A stretch of DNA of 64,000 nt, taken from positions 1-64,000 of the forward strand of contig JAKFCT010000015.1 of NCBI GenBank assembly GCA_036676495.1, written 5' to 3'. This stretch comes from Candidatus Sericytochromatia bacterium (GTDB lineage Bacteria; Cyanobacteriota; Sericytochromatia; S15B-MN24; UBA4093). Shown piece by piece: positions 60,617 through 64,000 of this stretch; the first letter of the stretch is position 1, and the number at the start of each line of letters is the position of its first letter. The position numbers and the translations under genes were made by a program. Under the pieces are notes generated by a model. It saw nothing but the letters and a program-made list of their open reading frames with translations, was not told the origin of the DNA and did no database searches.

Positions 60617-62020
60617 TTAAGCGGCCGGCGAGGCTGCGGGCGTCATGCGGCGCCAGACCATGTACACCGGCAGCCCGAGCAGGACCAGTCCCAAACCGGG
60701 CCAGGTGTAGTTCGGCTTGAAGGCCAAGAGCCCGAGCATGATCAGGGAAGCCGTCACGATGTAGAAGGCGGGAATCACCGGGTACCCCCAGGTCTTGTAG
60801 GGCCTCGGGGCATCGGGCTGGCGGCGGCGGAAGACGAAGACGCTGGTCACGGTGAGCACGTAGAAGAGCAAGGCCGCGAAGATCACGTAGTCGAGCAGGT
60901 TCCCGTAGCTGCCCGAGAGGGTCAAGAAGCAGGCCCAGGCGGCCTGGAAGGCGATCGCCCACGCCGGCACCCCCTGGGCATTCAAGTGGCCGGCGGATTT
61001 GAAGAAAAGCCCGTCCTCGGCCATGGCGAAGAAGGCTCTCCCGCCCGCCATGACCAGGCCGTTGACGCACCCGAAGGTCGAAACCAGGATCGCGCCCGCC
61101 ATGACGGCCGCCCCCGCCTTTCCGAGGGTCGCCAGCGCGAGGGCCGTACCGACCCGGTCCTCGGGCGCGTGCATGATGCTCTCCCAGGACAGGGCGGACA
61201 TGTAGGCCAGGTTCGCGAGCAGGTAGAGCCCGATGACGATCCCCGTTCCCAGCGCGAGGCTCAAGGGAATGACGCGCTTGGGATCCTTGACCTCGGCCGC
61301 CGTGAAGGTGATGTTGTTCCACGCGTCCGCGGAGAAGAGCGACCCGACCATGGCCACGCCCAAGGCCGTCAGCAGAGCCCAAGGGCCGAGCGATTGCCCG
61401 TTCACCATGGGAGTCCAGAAGTCCGGCGTCTGGAAGGCGGCGAGGCCCCGGCTGCCGAAAGCCAGGCCCAGGAAGATGAGGCCGATGAGCGCGCCGAGCT
61501 TGGCCAGGGTAAAGACGTTCTGAACGAGCTTGGCGGTCTGGATGCCTCGCAGGTTCACGAGGCTCAGGCTGACGATGACCGCGATGGCGGTGGCTTGCAA
61601 GGTGGTTACGTGGATCGGGCCCAGCGCGAGGAGCGGGACCGAGGAGGAAACGGAAGGCAGCAGCACGCCGAGGAACTTGGCGAAGGCCACGGCGACCGCC
61701 GCGATGGTCCCGGTCTGGATCACCGTGAACAGGGTCCAACCGTAAAGGAAGCCCACGACCGGGCCGTAGGCCTCGCGAAGGTAGCGGTACTGACCGCCCG
61801 CCCGCGGCATCATGGCGGCCAGTTCTCCGTAGCTCAGGGCCGCACAGACCGTGAGCAAACCGGTAAGGACCCAGAGGAGGAGCAGCCATCCCGGCGAGCC
61901 CACCTGCCGCGCCATGTCGGCCGAGACGATGAAGATGCCCGAGCCGATCATCGACCCGGCCACGATCATCGTCGAGTCCATCAGGCCGAGACCTTTCACG
62001 AATTGCGGTCGGTTCGCCAT
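60617..62020 (-). CDS. APC-family amino acid permease
   Basis: GSMIGSGIF, YGELAAMMPRAGGQY, FSADAWNN, RPYKTWGYP; about 12 TM. Confidence 0.92.
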   Translation of the reverse strand: MANRPQFVKGLGLMDSTMIVAGSMIGSGIFIVSADMARQVGSPGWLLLLWVLTGLLTVCAALSYGELAAMMPRAGGQYRYLREAYGPVVGFLYGWTLFTVIQTGTIAAVAVAFAKFLGVLLPSVSSSVPLLALGPIHVTTLQATAIAVIVSLSLVNLRGIQTAKLVQNVFTLAKLGALIGLIFLGLAFGSRGLAAFQTPDFWTPMVNGQSLGPWALLTALGVAMVGSLFSADAWNNITFTAAEVKDPKRVIPLSLALGTGIVIGLYLLANLAYMSALSWESIMHAPEDRVGTALALATLGKAGAAVMAGAILVSTFGCVNGLVMAGGRAFFAMAEDGLFFKSAGHLNAQGVPAWAIAFQAAWACFLTLSGSYGNLLDYVIFAALLFYVLTVTSVFVFRRRQPDAPRPYKTWGYPVIPAFYIVTASLIMLGLLAFKPNYTWPGLGLVLLGLPVYMVWRRMTPAASPAA

Positions 62021-62104
62021 CTTGCTTCCTCGAAATTTAAAGGGCCAAACAAGCGTTATTATATGCCCTCATGGCGAACAATGGTTATCAGACCTGCGTT
62101 TTGC

Positions 62105-62863
62105 TCAAGTTTCCGTCGATGGCTTGCGGCCCGCGCGCATTGACAAGGGCCATGTGATCCGGCGCAGCACCTCCGGATCCCCCCAGCGAGCCGAGAGTTC
62201 GTCTTCGATCAGGCTGACGGGATCGATTCCCCTCTCGGCCTGGTAGCGTTGCGTGGCCGACCAGCTTCGCAAGTAGCCGAGAAGCGTGCTCAACGGCCAG
62301 TCCACGCTCAACTCGAGCTTCGGGGGCGTCAACTCATCGAAAGGCCAGGGGAGGGTTCGATACCCCTCCTCGACCCATCGACGCTCCGGAGGCCAGAAGG
62401 GGCCAAGGATCTCGCCATACAACCGGTCGACGAGGGGTTGCAGGTCGGGAGACATCTCGAACGTTTCATAGCACCACGCGGCAATCACGCCGCCGGGCTT
62501 CAGCACCCGGTTCGCTTCCGCGTAAAAACGGTCGAAATCGAACCAGTGCAAGGCCTGGGCAACGGTCACCAGATCGACACTGCCGTCCGCAAGCGAGCTT
62601 TGCTCGGCGGGCTCGCACGCGTAGGTGACGTTCGATCGTGCTTCAGCCTGCGAGACCTGAGCGCGACTCGCGTCGGTGGCGTACACGCGCTCGAAGAACG
62701 TCGAGAGGCCGACGGCTGCCTGACCGTTGCCGGTGGCGCAATCCCACGCCAGTGACCGCCCTGGACTTTGTTCGGCCAACCACGCGAAAAGGGCCTCGGG
62801 ATAGCGAGGACGGTAGGTCGCATAGACCCCCGCGTGACCGGAAAAATGATCCTTGAAGTTCAC
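62105..62863 (-). CDS. Class I SAM-dependent methyltransferase
   Basis: FKDHFS, YRPRYP, WDCATGNGQ, VAQALHWF, LKPGG; GTG start after GGAGGGAG. Confidence 0.9.
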   Translation of the reverse strand: MNFKDHFSGHAGVYATYRPRYPEALFAWLAEQSPGRSLAWDCATGNGQAAVGLSTFFERVYATDASRAQVSQAEARSNVTYACEPAEQSSLADGSVDLVTVAQALHWFDFDRFYAEANRVLKPGGVIAAWCYETFEMSPDLQPLVDRLYGEILGPFWPPERRWVEEGYRTLPWPFDELTPPKLELSVDWPLSTLLGYLRSWSATQRYQAERGIDPVSLIEDELSARWGDPEVLRRITWPLSMRAGRKPSTET

Positions 62864-63035
62864 ATCTCCCTCCCTCCGCGAACATTCCCCAATTTGGCAT
62901 GAGCATCACCCGAAAACATCGCCGAGCCCATGGAGAGAATCCGAGCTCCAACTCCCCCCTCTTCCCGGTACGTCCGGGCCAGCTTCAAGCACCTCATGCC
63001 CTTCCGGAAGACCAAGGCGACCGCGACAATCGACG

Positions 63036-63533
63036 TCAAGACGCTCCGGCGCGCTCCTGGTAGATGAGCGCGAACGCCTTGAGGGCGGCCAGCAAAGCGA
63101 TCAGGAGGAGGGCGTGTCGCCCGTAGTTGAAGCTCGACCACTGGAGCGCCGTGCTGACGGCATCGGGAGAGTCCGGGCTTGCCATCAGGCGCATCATCGT
63201 CGGGATGAAGTATCCGAACGTGACGAGCCGGTCCGCAAGGGCCGCGGTCAATGCCCCGAGCCACCAGCCTCGCCAGGCCCCGGTGCTCCGCCAGGCCGCG
63301 AACAGGCTCGCCAAGGTCAGAAGCGTGAGGGGGCCGGTCGTGACGAAGGCCCAGAATCGGCGCCCGGTATCGTCTTGCGCAGCGACCTCCGCCTACCAAC
63401 GGTAGCCGGCGCCGGCGTCGGGGAGCAGCCAATCCGGGAAGACGATACGGTGTTCGTACAGGCCGGCGCCCAGGGCGATCCCCAGGTTGAGCACGAGGAG
63501 CCAGAGCAGGGTTTTTTGCCATGAATAGCGCAT
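63036..63533 (-). pseudogene. DUF1772-like membrane protein gene interrupted by an in-frame TAG
   Basis: ATG 63533 (after GAAAGG) reads MRYSWQKTLLWLLVLNLGIALGAGLYEHRIV..YRW, TAG at 63393-63395, then continues in the same frame AEVAAQDDTGRRFWAF.. into the 63036-63314 ORF. Confidence 0.72.
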
Positions 63534-63557
63534 CAATCGCCTTTCATGCGTAAGCGG

Positions 63558-63758
63558 CTAGGCTTTGCGCAGGGCCACGACCAGCCCCCAGAGCACGCAA
63601 CCCGCTCCGAAACCGATGACGGAGGAGGGGAGCAGCTGCCCCGAGAGCATGCCGATACCGCTGCCGATGAGGGCTGAGCCGGGAATCACGAGCAGGAAGG
63701 CACCGCCCCAGGTTTCGGGGGCAGCGGGGGCTTGGGAAGTTTCGAGGGGAGTGGACAT
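63558..63758 (-). CDS. Small two-TM membrane protein (66 aa)
   Basis: ATG 63758 after AAAGGAG; two Gly-rich hydrophobic segments. Confidence 0.7.
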   Translation of the reverse strand: MSTPLETSQAPAAPETWGGAFLLVIPGSALIGSGIGMLSGQLLPSSVIGFGAGCVLWGLVVALRKA

Positions 63759-63771
63759 GAGAGGCTCCTTT

Positions 63772-64000
63772 CTAGTGGTCATTTGCTTGATCCAAGAACG
63801 CTTGGAGCTCTTCGTCGGTCCATGACAGACGCTTGGCCCGGAGATCCTCCACGAGGGAGGCCACCCAGTCGCGCTCGGTGACGAGCATGGCTCGGAGGTA
63901 CTCCGACTCGAGGAGGAAGAGACGCGGGAGGTGTCCCTGGACGGGTTCGAGGGAAGCGTCCAGGGCGTCAAGTTGGGCTTTGAGGGCGGACAACCGGATC
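63772..64000 (-). CDS. PadR-family transcriptional regulator, C-terminal part (5' end outside window)
   Basis: LPRLFLLESEYLRAM..ERDWV..LVEDL pattern resembles PadR C-terminal dimerisation helices; frame open to the window edge. Confidence 0.6.
   Translation of the reverse strand, partial: IRLSALKAQLDALDASLEPVQGHLPRLFLLESEYLRAMLVTERDWVASLVEDLRAKRLSWTDEELQAFLDQANDH

Noticed and set aside
51907-62143. Long alternative ORFs over the WcaJ-like gene, glmM, recQ and the permease (450-530 aa)
   Set aside because: Antisense or off-frame shadows overlapping conserved genes, with low-information Arg/Gly/Pro-rich or mirror composition.
63393-63395. Genome-wide amber recoding
   Set aside because: TAG ends several conserved genes at expected positions and no pyl machinery is visible.
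62860-63522. 220-aa minus-strand ORF, and a possible A6 frameshift at 63512-63517
   Set aside because: The plausible protein is in another frame starting at ATG 63533, which needs no frameshift.

Overview
GC-rich bacterial chromosome segment. The lineage is not determinable with certainty; a few weak signals (GH57, HIP1-like octamers, tRNA without encoded CCA) hint at a Cyanobacteriota relative, which is low-confidence inference. From left to right: (1) three tandem leftward sigma70-type promoters plus a boxA-like element, probably the leader of an rRNA operon just outside the window; (2) a coupled DrmD-like SNF2 helicase and 1533-aa N6-adenine methyltransferase, i.e. the first two genes of class I DISARM with no drmA/B/C, followed by an HTH-MBL hydrolase and an NAD(P)-dependent dehydrogenase; (3) a cat-like acetyltransferase, tRNA-Arg(CCT), a GH57 enzyme, a secreted metallophosphoesterase-like protein lacking most metal ligands, and a structured 350-bp intergenic region; (4) a ~40-kb surface-glycan locus (15.3-54.9 kb) with a CDP-3,6-dideoxy/branched-chain sugar pathway wrapped around a GtrA/GtrB/GT-C-like module, a LamG-tailed membrane protein, a gmd/rmd + wzm/wzt + methyltransferase cassette, and a dTDP/UDP-sugar + GT4 + WcaJ-like operon; (5) glmM, a PlsC-family gene, divergent recQ/ssb sharing a palindrome, an amino-acid permease, a methyltransferase, an amber-interrupted membrane gene and a partial PadR regulator. 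No integrase, transposase or CRISPR array was seen. All calls come from reading motifs by eye; no database searches were run.
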